Origin: a bacterium
Lineage (GTDB): Bacteria > SAR324 > XYD2-FULL-50-16
Reading direction: 5' to 3'
DNA: 64,000 bases
Assembly: GCA_032250835.1 (NCBI GenBank)
Contig: JAVVEA010000018.1
Location: 12,428-76,427 of the forward strand
Part shown: in pieces, positions 32,711 to 41,866 of the stretch
Position numbering within the stretch: the stretch's first letter is position 1
Layout of the letters: every line of letters begins with the position of its first letter
The notes under the pieces: model-generated
What the model was told of the DNA's origin: nothing
The model's input: only the letters and a program-made list of their open reading frames with translations
Databases searched by the model: none
Position numbers and translations under genes: made by a program

Positions 32711-35700
32711 ATGAAAAGCAATTTCAGCTGGTTAAACTGGGTAGTTCTCCTGAGCGGAACGCTGGCTTTACTGGGCCTGGGCTCTTGCAACAAGCCCAAG
32801 GACCGCAGCCAATATAAAGGCCATACCGAGTATGTTAGCGTTTCGGTCAACTTAAACAAACCAGCCGGTAAAAGCTTTAACCACGGGAGCCTGCGGGCCA
32901 AAGAATCCAGCCTCCCACCGGACACCCAAACTTCCTTGATTTTGGCGGTACCGGGCGCCGAAAACTTCCAGGGAAATTACTTAGGCCTGACGCAGGTGAT
33001 CGATGCGGCTTTGTTGGACCTGAACACCCATCAGGTGACCTTGACGCTGCCCAAAGATACGCCGATGCGGCTCTTTGAGTACACCTTCTCTAGCCGTTGG
33101 CCCAGCCCCGATGCCATCCGCACCGCCAACCCTCCGGCCATCGCCGGGGCGGACCTGGGGCCCATCACCATCGGGACCGGAACGGTCAACTTAGTGCTGA
33201 ATTCGACGTTGGTCCCCTTGACCCGACCGAGTAGGCTAGAAATCATCACCACCGACCATTTCTTGGCTATCGGCGGCACCAAACAACTCTTTGCCATCGG
33301 CTCATACCCCGACGGCTCGGCTCAGGACTTAACGACCCTGGTCAATTGGACTTCGGGCTCGCCCACCATCGCTTCGGTAAGCAATGATTTGGCCACTTCC
33401 AAAGGCTTAGTGACGGGCCTGACCAAAGGCGGCGTCTTGATCAACGCTTCGGTCTTGGGCACTGAAGCGCTTTATCAGATCAACGTCAGCAACCTGAACC
33501 TTTCGACCTACTATTCGACTATGGTCACCTCGGGAAGCTATGCCTTTGATGCCAATGACGATGGGTTTGGAGGTTTGGAATATTACGCCCAGCACACCAC
33601 TTGGCAGCCCTCTTATAGCGAAGATTTTCTGGTGGTCACCGACGCCAACCGGACACCGACCCCGGCGGTACGCACCAAGGTTCGGTACGTCTTAGAAGGT
33701 CCCAACTGGGTGCCTGACAACTTTGTCCCTACCGCCATCAGCTCGGACGCCATCAACAGCAAACTGAGCTTCGGTAGTCCCGCTGGCTATATTCAGTTGG
33801 TCGGGGCCCGCGAACTTGGCGGGCAGGTGGAGCAAGTGGACACCAACCAAGTTACCCTTAGCGTGCCCATGGGCCCAGGAGCGGTGGCCTACGAAATTGA
33901 ATACCTGCTGGACTACGGAGCCCCACAATATACCATTGAGCGCCCCGAAGTGCCCAAAAACGGAACCACCGCCTACGCAACCTTAGAAGAATTCCTTACC
34001 GCTGGAGCGACTGACCCCTTTGATTGCACCAACAACGTGCCCAACTTCTGCCTGATGTTTGACTATGTGGCTGGGCAGACTGCCGGGAATCTAATTGAAT
34101 TTGAATTAGACGCCAACTACAACCCTGTGGGGACCACCAGTGTGGGAGGCACCTGGAGCCTAAGCACCGTCAATGGGCAGCCTATTTTAACGGCCATACC
34201 CTATAACCCCGCCTTCAGCCAGAACCACGGCCCTCCCGGTGACCCCATCTGGGGTATTTACAATGGGCAGGTTATGCGCGGCCAAATCAGAGCCCCACAG
34301 GAATATGGGTTTTTCACCGAATACAACGCCGCGGCGGCCAACTCGGTCTTGGCCTTCCTCGGGAGCGCCCCGCCCGAACTTTTTGTCTCCCCCTGGTATA
34401 ACCCAGGCGGCAGCACAGGCGGCGTAACTACGTCGATCCCCCAAGGTTTGGGCTTTAATGGCGCTCAAGCGATTAAAAACAGTACCGCTTCCCTTTTGGG
34501 GATCACCAACAGCTTCACCATCGGCGTTTGGTTTAAAGCCAGTTCGTTGGGCCCTGCCTCGTTAGTGGAGATCCAGCAGCCCGGTGGCGTGGTCGAAAAC
34601 GCCATCACCCTGAGTACCGACGCATCGGGTTTCCTCGCGGCAACGATCCAAGACAGTGTTAACGCAGCCTCCAACTACGCGATTACCCCGACCACCATGC
34701 CCATCACCGTTGGGGAACCTCATTTCGCCACCCTCAGCTGGGACGGTTCGGTCCTCTCCGTCACGCTAGATAGCGTAGACATCAGCAGCACGCCCACGGT
34801 AGTCGGGACTCCGGTGTTAACGGACATCGAGCGGATCGTTACCATTGGCAACGACAGCGTCAGCACCGGATTTTCCGGGCAAATCCACTCGGTGGCGGTC
34901 TGGAATTCGACCCTGAATCTCAGCGGTCTGACCGAATTGTCCGACATGGGCACCCGCGCCTTTAAAGACAATATCTCCTTTAATATGACCACCTATAACG
35001 AGTCGGCCAACTTGATGCACTGGTGGAAATTCGACGACCAGACCTTTGGCTTTGGCGGGGACCTGGGCAATGGGGTCGCTCTAATGCTCGATTTGGGCAG
35101 CACCGGCCCGGCAGATTTAGCGCCCTATACCTGGGTGGACCCGACCAAATTGGTCCCGGCGGCGATCACCGCACCGATCGGTTCGGACAACCTAATCAGC
35201 GGGCAGTCCTTTAATATCACCTGGAACCAGACCAATATTTCAGGCAACATAGTCCGAGTTTTCTTGATGCCCGTCCCGTTGGATCCCACCTGGTTGGACC
35301 AGACCGCCGCAGATATTGACGCCCGCGTGGCGGCGGCTGAATGGTACGACCTGACCGGCGGCGGCACCAGCAACCTAGGGGGCAGCTATGCCTTCGACCC
35401 CTCGGGCTGGGGCTATTCGGGGCATTATTATCACTTGATGGTGATCGACGAATTGGGCAATTGGGACATCACCGACGCCCCCTTCGGCATCAACGACCCC
35501 AATGCGCCCATCAACGTGCCCATGGGCCTTAGCTTCAACGGGACGACCGAACATTTACTCAGTGCGTCGCTCACCAATGTCTTTGACACGGCAGCGAGCT
35601 TCAGCATCGCGGTGTGGTTTAACCCCGCCGTGGGCAACACGGGCCAGCAGATGTTAGTGCAAGTCTCGGATGGCTCGGTGGTCAACCGAATCAATCTGAT

Positions 35701-36580
35701 GCTCGACGGGGCTACCAATCAAGTGATTTTGCATATGCAAGACGGCACCAGCATCACCGAATACCAAAGCAACGTCACCTACGTTCCAGGTCAAGAGAAC
35801 TTTGTGGCCATCGCTTGGGACAACGCGACCCCGGCCTTGACGATGGTCTTAAACCAATCGGTCAACCCACAGACTACCACCGGTACCCATACAGGCAACG
35901 TGTCGCTGTTCGATACGGCCCGCCAGGTTTCCATCGGCGGTGACATTACCGGGGCCACACCCTTCCAAGGAGAAATCCTGGGCGTGGGTATGTGGTCTAC
36001 GGTATTGATAAGTAGCGAGATGACCGGCTTGGCTAGCGAACACCTGGGCCACCAGCTCGATCTGGCGACCAGCACCACCAGCTACTACTCTGGGGGTACC
36101 CTGTCCCACTGGTGGCAATTCGATTGGGACCCGGTCAATCAGTTGGCAGATATGGGTCTAGGCACCTACCCCGCCCCGGTCGACATTGGAGTTACCAACG
36201 GCATCCTCAACCCCTTCTTAGTGGTCAATCCTACGGCCTACGTCGACGGTGCCTTCACTGCGCCCTTGGGAGGCGAGACTTATACCAGCGGTGTACCGAC
36301 CAACGTCACCTGGAATCCCGCCTCCTTTACGGGCACCAACCTGAATATCTATATGCTGGGTATTGCGGCCAATGCGCCAATGTCGCCTACCGACCCCAAC
36401 TTAGCCGAGCAGATTTCCTCGGTCACGAAAAGGTACTTGAGCAGCGCCACCGTAGCCTCCGGCAGTTTCTCCTTTGACCCGAGTACTTACGGGATGCCCT
36501 CTAGTAGCCAGTTCCGGTTCTTGATCATCGACGATGCCGGTAACTGGGACTTAGTGGACGGGGATGTCTTCACCTTCTAA
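32711..36580 (+). CDS. Large surface lipoprotein with a Big_2 Ig-like domain and two LamG/concanavalin-like modules
   Basis: Lipobox LGSC; QLFAIGSYPDGSAQDLT..VNWTS; FTIGVWF/FSIAVWF and HWWKFD/HWWQFD. Confidence 0.8.
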   Translation: MKSNFSWLNWVVLLSGTLALLGLGSCNKPKDRSQYKGHTEYVSVSVNLNKPAGKSFNHGSLRAKESSLPPDTQTSLILAVPGAENFQGNYLGLTQVIDAALLDLNTHQVTLTLPKDTPMRLFEYTFSSRWPSPDAIRTANPPAIAGADLGPITIGTGTVNLVLNSTLVPLTRPSRLEIITTDHFLAIGGTKQLFAIGSYPDGSAQDLTTLVNWTSGSPTIASVSNDLATSKGLVTGLTKGGVLINASVLGTEALYQINVSNLNLSTYYSTMVTSGSYAFDANDDGFGGLEYYAQHTTWQPSYSEDFLVVTDANRTPTPAVRTKVRYVLEGPNWVPDNFVPTAISSDAINSKLSFGSPAGYIQLVGARELGGQVEQVDTNQVTLSVPMGPGAVAYEIEYLLDYGAPQYTIERPEVPKNGTTAYATLEEFLTAGATDPFDCTNNVPNFCLMFDYVAGQTAGNLIEFELDANYNPVGTTSVGGTWSLSTVNGQPILTAIPYNPAFSQNHGPPGDPIWGIYNGQVMRGQIRAPQEYGFFTEYNAAAANSVLAFLGSAPPELFVSPWYNPGGSTGGVTTSIPQGLGFNGAQAIKNSTASLLGITNSFTIGVWFKASSLGPASLVEIQQPGGVVENAITLSTDASGFLAATIQDSVNAASNYAITPTTMPITVGEPHFATLSWDGSVLSVTLDSVDISSTPTVVGTPVLTDIERIVTIGNDSVSTGFSGQIHSVAVWNSTLNLSGLTELSDMGTRAFKDNISFNMTTYNESANLMHWWKFDDQTFGFGGDLGNGVALMLDLGSTGPADLAPYTWVDPTKLVPAAITAPIGSDNLISGQSFNITWNQTNISGNIVRVFLMPVPLDPTWLDQTAADIDARVAAAEWYDLTGGGTSNLGGSYAFDPSGWGYSGHYYHLMVIDELGNWDITDAPFGINDPNAPINVPMGLSFNGTTEHLLSASLTNVFDTAASFSIAVWFNPAVGNTGQQMLVQVSDGSVVNRINLMLDGATNQVILHMQDGTSITEYQSNVTYVPGQENFVAIAWDNATPALTMVLNQSVNPQTTTGTHTGNVSLFDTARQVSIGGDITGATPFQGEILGVGMWSTVLISSEMTGLASEHLGHQLDLATSTTSYYSGGTLSHWWQFDWDPVNQLADMGLGTYPAPVDIGVTNGILNPFLVVNPTAYVDGAFTAPLGGETYTSGVPTNVTWNPASFTGTNLNIYMLGIAANAPMSPTDPNLAEQISSVTKRYLSSATVASGSFSFDPSTYGMPSSSQFRFLIIDDAGNWDLVDGDVFTF

Positions 36581-36585
36581 CCCTG

Positions 36586-36614
36586 CCAGCCTGCAGACGA
36601 AAATTGCAGGCTGG
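36586..36614. terminator. 10-bp hairpin after the lipoprotein gene
   Basis: CCAGCCTGCA...TGCAGGCTGG; no U-tract. Confidence 0.45.
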
Positions 36615-36640
36615 ACGCCATTTATGAACCCAAGGGTCCC

Positions 36641-38719
36641 TTGTACTTTGTGCCCAATCGCCTCCTTTTATCCACCTTGTTCATCTGGGGATATCTCCTG
36701 GGGGCCAGCGCCGCCAGCGCACAATCCACGCTGATCCTCACCGACCAAACTCGGTCGGTGGCCAGCAACCCCTTCTTGGAATTACTCGGCTCTACTGACG
36801 CCGAACTGAAACTAGTCCAAGCCCAACAGCTCGATCCCGTCCCCTGGCCGGACCCGTTAGACTTGGGCACGGTGTCTTTAGGTTACCGGAGCAGACCCGT
36901 TTGGTTGCATCTGAGGGTTAATAACCAGGGAACCCGACGCCATTGGCTGTTCGAGCAGGCCCATTGGACCACCTCCACCCTAGACCTTTACCAAGTGGGC
37001 CCCGGAGGTGAAGTGACCCACCAGCTTTCCGGCTCGTCGTTGCCCTATGACCAGCGGCCCTTTGACCACCGGCATCTGGTCTTCCCCTTGAGCTTTGAAG
37101 CCGGCACGACCTACGACCTCTATTTTAGGGCTCAGTCTTTATATCCCCTAGAATTCCAGACCTTTATCTGGAACCCTAAATCCTTTGTGAGTCATGTAGG
37201 CGTTACCGAAGGCCTGTTGATGCTGTTCTTCGGTATGTTGCTGGCTATGTTGGCCTTTAACCTATTGGTGCAGTTGGTGGTCCCTGACCGGGTTTACCTG
37301 CTATACGTGGCCTATGTAGCCAATATGGGGCTGTTTTTGGCGGTTTTGGACGGCGTTGCGTTACAATACCTCTGGCCCAAGTGGCCGGTTTGGAACCTCT
37401 GGGCCATGCCTTTTTTTGTGTCCACTGCTTCGACTGCCGCCATCCTCTTTGCCCAGCGGTTCTTGAGGACCCTTGAACGTGCCCCTAAGCTGCATTGGGC
37501 CTTATTCATCTTTCCGGTTTGGTCTTGGTCGATCTTTGCGGCTATGTTGCTCTTTGGGTATCAGTTTGAGTTTCTTTTCGGGCTCTTCGGGCTGGCCATC
37601 GCCCCCTTCTTATTGGGCACCAGCCTGTACCTGCTTTTTCAGGGGCACAAAGAAGCCCTGGTGTTTAGCATCGCCTGGCTCAGCCCCATGGTCGGTGTGG
37701 CTATCTTGGCCATGACGCTGTTGGGCTGGGTGCCCAATAACCGTTATACGCTTTATTTGATCAATGTGGGGCTTTTGGCCGATGTGGTTTTGCTGTCGGT
37801 GGCCATGTCCCACCGGATCAATTTGGCCCGGCGCGAGCAGGGGGCCGCGCAGGCGAAGTTATATGAACTGGAACTAAGACATAGCCAGCAACTTGAAAGT
37901 GAGGTCCAAAAACGCACCGAGCAGTTGCGGCAAAGCGAATCGGAGTTGTTGCGCACCAACCGCGCCAAAGACCGGCTCTTTTCGATCATCGGTCATGACC
38001 TACGCGGTCCGATGGGCGCACTCTACGGCACCTTGGCCCTGCTGGATAAAAACCATCTGGAGATGGAAACCGAAGACCGGGCCGACTTTTTGGCGACCAC
38101 CCACCGAGCCAGCCGGTTTTTGTTTGACCTGCTCTGCAACTTGCTGGATTGGGCCAAGACCCAGACCCAAGACATTGAGGTCAACGCCCAGGCCTTTGAC
38201 TGGGTCCATCAGGCCCAAGAAATCGCGTCGGTCTACCAACCGCTCGCCCAAGGCAAGCAGGTCGAATTGAAGCTGGACCTACCCCCATCCGCCTGGGTGG
38301 TGACCGACCCGGCCCTCAGCGCGACGATCTTGCGCAACTTGGTCCACAACGCCCTTAAATTCACCCCCAAGGGGGGTGAGGTGGTGGTCGGTGGCCGCTG
38401 GACCGAGGCCAAGGATTGGGAAGTAGAGGTCCGCGACCAAGGGGTGGGCATGGACGCGGCACGCCTGCGTTCGGTCTTGGGCGCGGCCCAATTGGAACCC
38501 GGCGAAGATACAGACGAAGAAACCAGCAGCGGGCTGGGTTTAGTGCTCTGCCGCCAACTGGGCCAACTGTTAGGCACCCAGTTGCAGGCCGAAAGCGAGC
38601 CCGGCCAGGGCAGTCGGTTCTGGTTTCAGCTTCCTGGCGCTGGTCACCCGCCAAGGAGCTTCGAGCGAAGCGAGGGCGACGGGCGTAGCGACGCGAGCCG
38701 GCGAGCGTTGCCAACATAA
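36641..38719 (+). CDS. 7TM-DISM sensor histidine kinase (7TMR-DISMED2, 7TM, HisKA, HATPase)
   Basis: LGYRSRPVWL, seven TM segments, IIGHDLRGP, NALKFT. Confidence 0.9.
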   Translation: MYFVPNRLLLSTLFIWGYLLGASAASAQSTLILTDQTRSVASNPFLELLGSTDAELKLVQAQQLDPVPWPDPLDLGTVSLGYRSRPVWLHLRVNNQGTRRHWLFEQAHWTTSTLDLYQVGPGGEVTHQLSGSSLPYDQRPFDHRHLVFPLSFEAGTTYDLYFRAQSLYPLEFQTFIWNPKSFVSHVGVTEGLLMLFFGMLLAMLAFNLLVQLVVPDRVYLLYVAYVANMGLFLAVLDGVALQYLWPKWPVWNLWAMPFFVSTASTAAILFAQRFLRTLERAPKLHWALFIFPVWSWSIFAAMLLFGYQFEFLFGLFGLAIAPFLLGTSLYLLFQGHKEALVFSIAWLSPMVGVAILAMTLLGWVPNNRYTLYLINVGLLADVVLLSVAMSHRINLARREQGAAQAKLYELELRHSQQLESEVQKRTEQLRQSESELLRTNRAKDRLFSIIGHDLRGPMGALYGTLALLDKNHLEMETEDRADFLATTHRASRFLFDLLCNLLDWAKTQTQDIEVNAQAFDWVHQAQEIASVYQPLAQGKQVELKLDLPPSAWVVTDPALSATILRNLVHNALKFTPKGGEVVVGGRWTEAKDWEVEVRDQGVGMDAARLRSVLGAAQLEPGEDTDEETSSGLGLVLCRQLGQLLGTQLQAESEPGQGSRFWFQLPGAGHPPRSFERSEGDGRSDASRRALPT

Positions 38720-38902
38720 AACCGTTGGCGCAGCCAACATCCCGTTAGACAACATGACCGCCGCAGGCCGAGGGCGACGGGCGTAGCGACGCGAGCCGGC
38801 GAGCGTTGCCCATATAAACCATCGGCGCAGCCGACTCCCCATAGGGACTTTAGACCAAAGTTAATCCAGCAAGGGCGGTGGGCGTAGCACGTGAGTATTG
38901 CC
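38671..38902. repeat. About 98-100-bp-period direct repeat (REP-like): two identical 42-bp cores plus a decayed third
   Basis: CGAGGGCGACGGGCGTAGCGACGCGAGCCGGCGAGCGTTGCC at 38671 and 38769; degenerate copy near 38872. Confidence 0.85.
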
Positions 38903-39053
38903 CAAAAACAGCATCGACGGACCCGATCCAGCCAAAACACTTGAAAAGGAAGTGAAACCTTCAAGGTTTGCCAAGTTCAGTAAAATTTCGGACTTGGAAG
39001 CTGGGGCCAACTGGGGTATAGTGAACTCAAAATGTTCAAAAGAGGAGTTGATT

Positions 39054-39170
39054 ATGTTTGGTCTATTGGGTTTGCTTTTTGGCGGGAGGCGGTTGGTTCG
39101 CCCCCTGAAGCAGCGCGAGGAAAGAAGAGTAGGGGCCGCCGGGCGGCGGCCCGATCGGCTCAATAATTAA
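39054..39170 (+). CDS. Candidate 38-aa small protein
   Basis: TTGGAA-17-TATAGT promoter (38994-39022), SD GAGGAG, MFGLLGLLFGGRRLVRPLKQREERR... Confidence 0.4.
   Translation: MFGLLGLLFGGRRLVRPLKQREERRVGAAGRRPDRLNN
39133..39152 (-). terminator. Hairpin terminator of the porin-like gene
   Basis: GGGCCGCC-GGGC-GGCGGCCC just past the stop at 39160. Confidence 0.55.
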
Positions 39171-40182
39171 CGTACATACCTAAGACCCAGCCGGACTCTT
39201 TGTCGTCTTGTTGGCTGTCGTCGTCTTTGGTGGACTGGGAAAACAACATCCAGGCCAGCTTTAAATCCCCAAATAGATGGGCATAGCCCAACTCGCTTCG
39301 GTTCGTTAACGTGGCGTTGGTGCTGCCATCGGTGTCGCTCTTAGAAGTGCCCGAGAAGCTAACGCCCGCCCGATCCCCAATCGGAAAATCAAGCGATAGG
39401 TTAGCGCGGGTCGAAACCTCGGCGTCCGCTGCTTTTTCGGCTTTGCTGCTGATTTGTTCAGCCTGCAAGGCTAAAAGCATCATATCCATATTAAAGCCCA
39501 TCCCGAAGGTCACTACTTGCTCGGTATAGTTGCCCTGGGCCAAGGCCTCTGCGCTGGGGTCTTTGTTCTCATCGATCTGGTTGCTAACCACGACCGCGGC
39601 AAAACTGAGCTGCAACCAGTCAAATTCATTGTTGTAGTAGGTGGCAAAAACAGTGCGGTCCACCGATTCCGTTGCTTCTGGGTTGTCCTCGTCGGCACGG
39701 TGAGCCGCAGTGCGTGCCCCGAAGTTGATGTTTAGGCCCAATTCCTCAAACTCGGCACCCATATAGCGATCCTGGGCCGAGTAGACCCCAAAGTAGTTGT
39801 CATCGGATTTAAAGGGGAGGTACTCCATCCCTAAAGAAACATCACTAGGGTCGTAAAATCCCATCTTATACATTATCCCCTTGCGAGCCAAAGAGCCGTA
39901 CAACTGGTAGACGGCAAGGTCGGCATCGCTCACTTCAAAAGCCAAGGTCACGGCCGTATTATAACGTTCGAAAGGCTTGCCGACCTGTAATCCGAACAGG
40001 CCATATTGGGACTGATTGAGGCTGGAAACCTTGCTGTCGCCTGATTCGCTGGTCGTCGAGTTTAGGCTGAGGAAATATTCGGCTTCGGGTGTGATGCTGA
40101 TTTCTTCTTCAGCGGCCCAAGCCACCTGAGTGAAGCATAAAAAACAGCCCAAAGCGAAGGCGAAGCGTTTTAGCGGCGTCAT
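39160..40182 (-). CDS. Porin-like outer membrane beta-barrel protein
   Basis: Signal peptide, alternating amphipathic strands, C-terminal GMYVNY. Confidence 0.65.
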   Translation of the reverse strand: MTPLKRFAFALGCFLCFTQVAWAAEEEISITPEAEYFLSLNSTTSESGDSKVSSLNQSQYGLFGLQVGKPFERYNTAVTLAFEVSDADLAVYQLYGSLARKGIMYKMGFYDPSDVSLGMEYLPFKSDDNYFGVYSAQDRYMGAEFEELGLNINFGARTAAHRADEDNPEATESVDRTVFATYYNNEFDWLQLSFAAVVVSNQIDENKDPSAEALAQGNYTEQVVTFGMGFNMDMMLLALQAEQISSKAEKAADAEVSTRANLSLDFPIGDRAGVSFSGTSKSDTDGSTNATLTNRSELGYAHLFGDLKLAWMLFSQSTKDDDSQQDDKESGWVLGMYVNY

Positions 40183-40365
40183 GGGAATCTCTCTTTAGGG
40201 ATAGGCTTAAGTCATCCGTTATTTTGCCTGGGGAATGTAACATTCTTTATCCGTTAAGCCAAGCCTTTGGGTGTTATTACATCCCTCGATTGACAGGCAC
40301 CTTGGTTGTTGAAAGAATCTTCCCAAAATTCAAATGTTCAGATTTAACTCAGGCAACTCTTGATC

Positions 40366-41340
40366 ATGAAAAGATTCTTGGCAGCTTTGGTCGGTTGTTT
40401 CTTGGGTTTTTCACTTTCGGCGCAAACGCCCCTATTCAGTACGCCCCCGCGCGATTTGGTCTTCGAGCAGGCAAATCAGCCCTTAATCGATTTAGGGCGG
40501 CAGCTGTTTTTTGATCCTCGGCTTTCAGGCAACGATCAACTTGCTTGCGCCAGTTGCCATGTGCCCGAATTGGGCTTTGGCGACGGCCAAGCCAAGAGCC
40601 GCGGAGTTGCCGGGACGCTACTGGGCCGCCACACGCCCCACCTAAACAATCTGGAGCCTCAGGGGTTGATGTTTTGGGATGGAAGGGTCAAGGGGCTGGC
40701 GGAACAGGCGCTAGGACCGATTTCGAACCCGCAGGAAATGGGGATGCCACTAGACCAACTGGTGCCTAAATTGATGAAGGTGCCGGGCTACCAAAAGCAA
40801 TTTGACGCTCTCTTTGGTTCTGGTACCACTCCGCAGGATATAGGGCGGGCCCTGGCGGCTTTCGAAGCGACTCTAGTCAGCCGCAATGCACCTTTAGACC
40901 GCTACTTGGCCGGAGATCCAAAGGCCCTTAGCCCCTCGGCCTTGCGGGGCCTGAAGCTCTTCGGCGGCAAGGCTGGCTGTGGTCGCTGCCATTCGGGGCC
41001 GAACTTGACAGACGGCGGGTTCCATAACATCGGCCTGATTGGGGATGACCCTGGCCGGTTTGCACTTACCTCAATCCCCGTCAACCAAGGGGCCTTTAAG
41101 ACGCCGGGCTTACGTAATGTGGCCCTGAGTGCACCTTACATGCATGATGGCTCCTTAGGTACCTTGGGCCAAGTGGTGGATTATTATAACCGCGGCGGAG
41201 ACTCTAGTCCGCACCAAAGCCCTTTGATCGAAGCCCTGCACCTAAGCGCCCGTGAACAAGCCGATTTAGTGGCTTTTTTGGAGGCGTTGAGCGACCCGAT
41301 TGCATTAAGGCGACCTAACTTACCTGGAGAACGACCATGA
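40366..41340 (+). CDS. Di-heme cytochrome c peroxidase / MauG-MbnH family protein
   Basis: CASCH and CGRCH, LGRQLFFDPRLS, FKTPGLRNV, PYMHDG. Confidence 0.92.
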   Translation: MKRFLAALVGCFLGFSLSAQTPLFSTPPRDLVFEQANQPLIDLGRQLFFDPRLSGNDQLACASCHVPELGFGDGQAKSRGVAGTLLGRHTPHLNNLEPQGLMFWDGRVKGLAEQALGPISNPQEMGMPLDQLVPKLMKVPGYQKQFDALFGSGTTPQDIGRALAAFEATLVSRNAPLDRYLAGDPKALSPSALRGLKLFGGKAGCGRCHSGPNLTDGGFHNIGLIGDDPGRFALTSIPVNQGAFKTPGLRNVALSAPYMHDGSLGTLGQVVDYYNRGGDSSPHQSPLIEALHLSAREQADLVAFLEALSDPIALRRPNLPGERP

Positions 41341-41777
41341 AAGGGCTATGGATATGCCTTGTTTGGATGCTTTGTGGCGCGCAGTCAAGTTGGGCCGCAT
41401 CCAGTCATTGGATGGATCAGCTATATCTCTATTTAGAGCACGATGCCTTCCGGATGGAAAAGTGCAAAACCCCCACCAAGGGCATTGTTTGTGGGGCCGA
41501 CAATGACAAATTGGTGTTATACGCCGAGACCGACGGGCCCGACGGGTTTATTTTGTTTATCAAAGAACGCTTTGAAGAGAATCAGCCCTTTAGACTGCAT
41601 CTGCTCCAGGTTCGCTTTACCCACCGCGACGGGATGATCTTAAGCGACGTGACGGACTTTTACGAAGACTACCCCCGCCGGATCAAGGGGGCTCAAACTC
41701 AGTTGGTAGTACGGCGGTGGCTGCAAGACATCCAAAAGGCGATCAACCCGACCTTCCCCTTCCCGCCGCTTAAATAG
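41337..41777 (+). CDS. Secreted hypothetical protein
   Basis: Signal peptide; ATGA overlap with the peroxidase gene. Confidence 0.7.
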   Translation: MKGLWICLVWMLCGAQSSWAASSHWMDQLYLYLEHDAFRMEKCKTPTKGIVCGADNDKLVLYAETDGPDGFILFIKERFEENQPFRLHLLQVRFTHRDGMILSDVTDFYEDYPRRIKGAQTQLVVRRWLQDIQKAINPTFPFPPLK

Positions 41778-41866
41778 GTCTTGGTCTTATGGCACCTAGG
41801 GGATTCCCCTGCTTGTGGAGGCCATATCAAAGTTGTTATTGTGTTTGAAAATAACCTAGTAAATTT

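Noticed and set aside
38671-38902. CRISPR array
   Set aside because: Only two good copies, the inter-repeat segments resemble each other, and no cas genes
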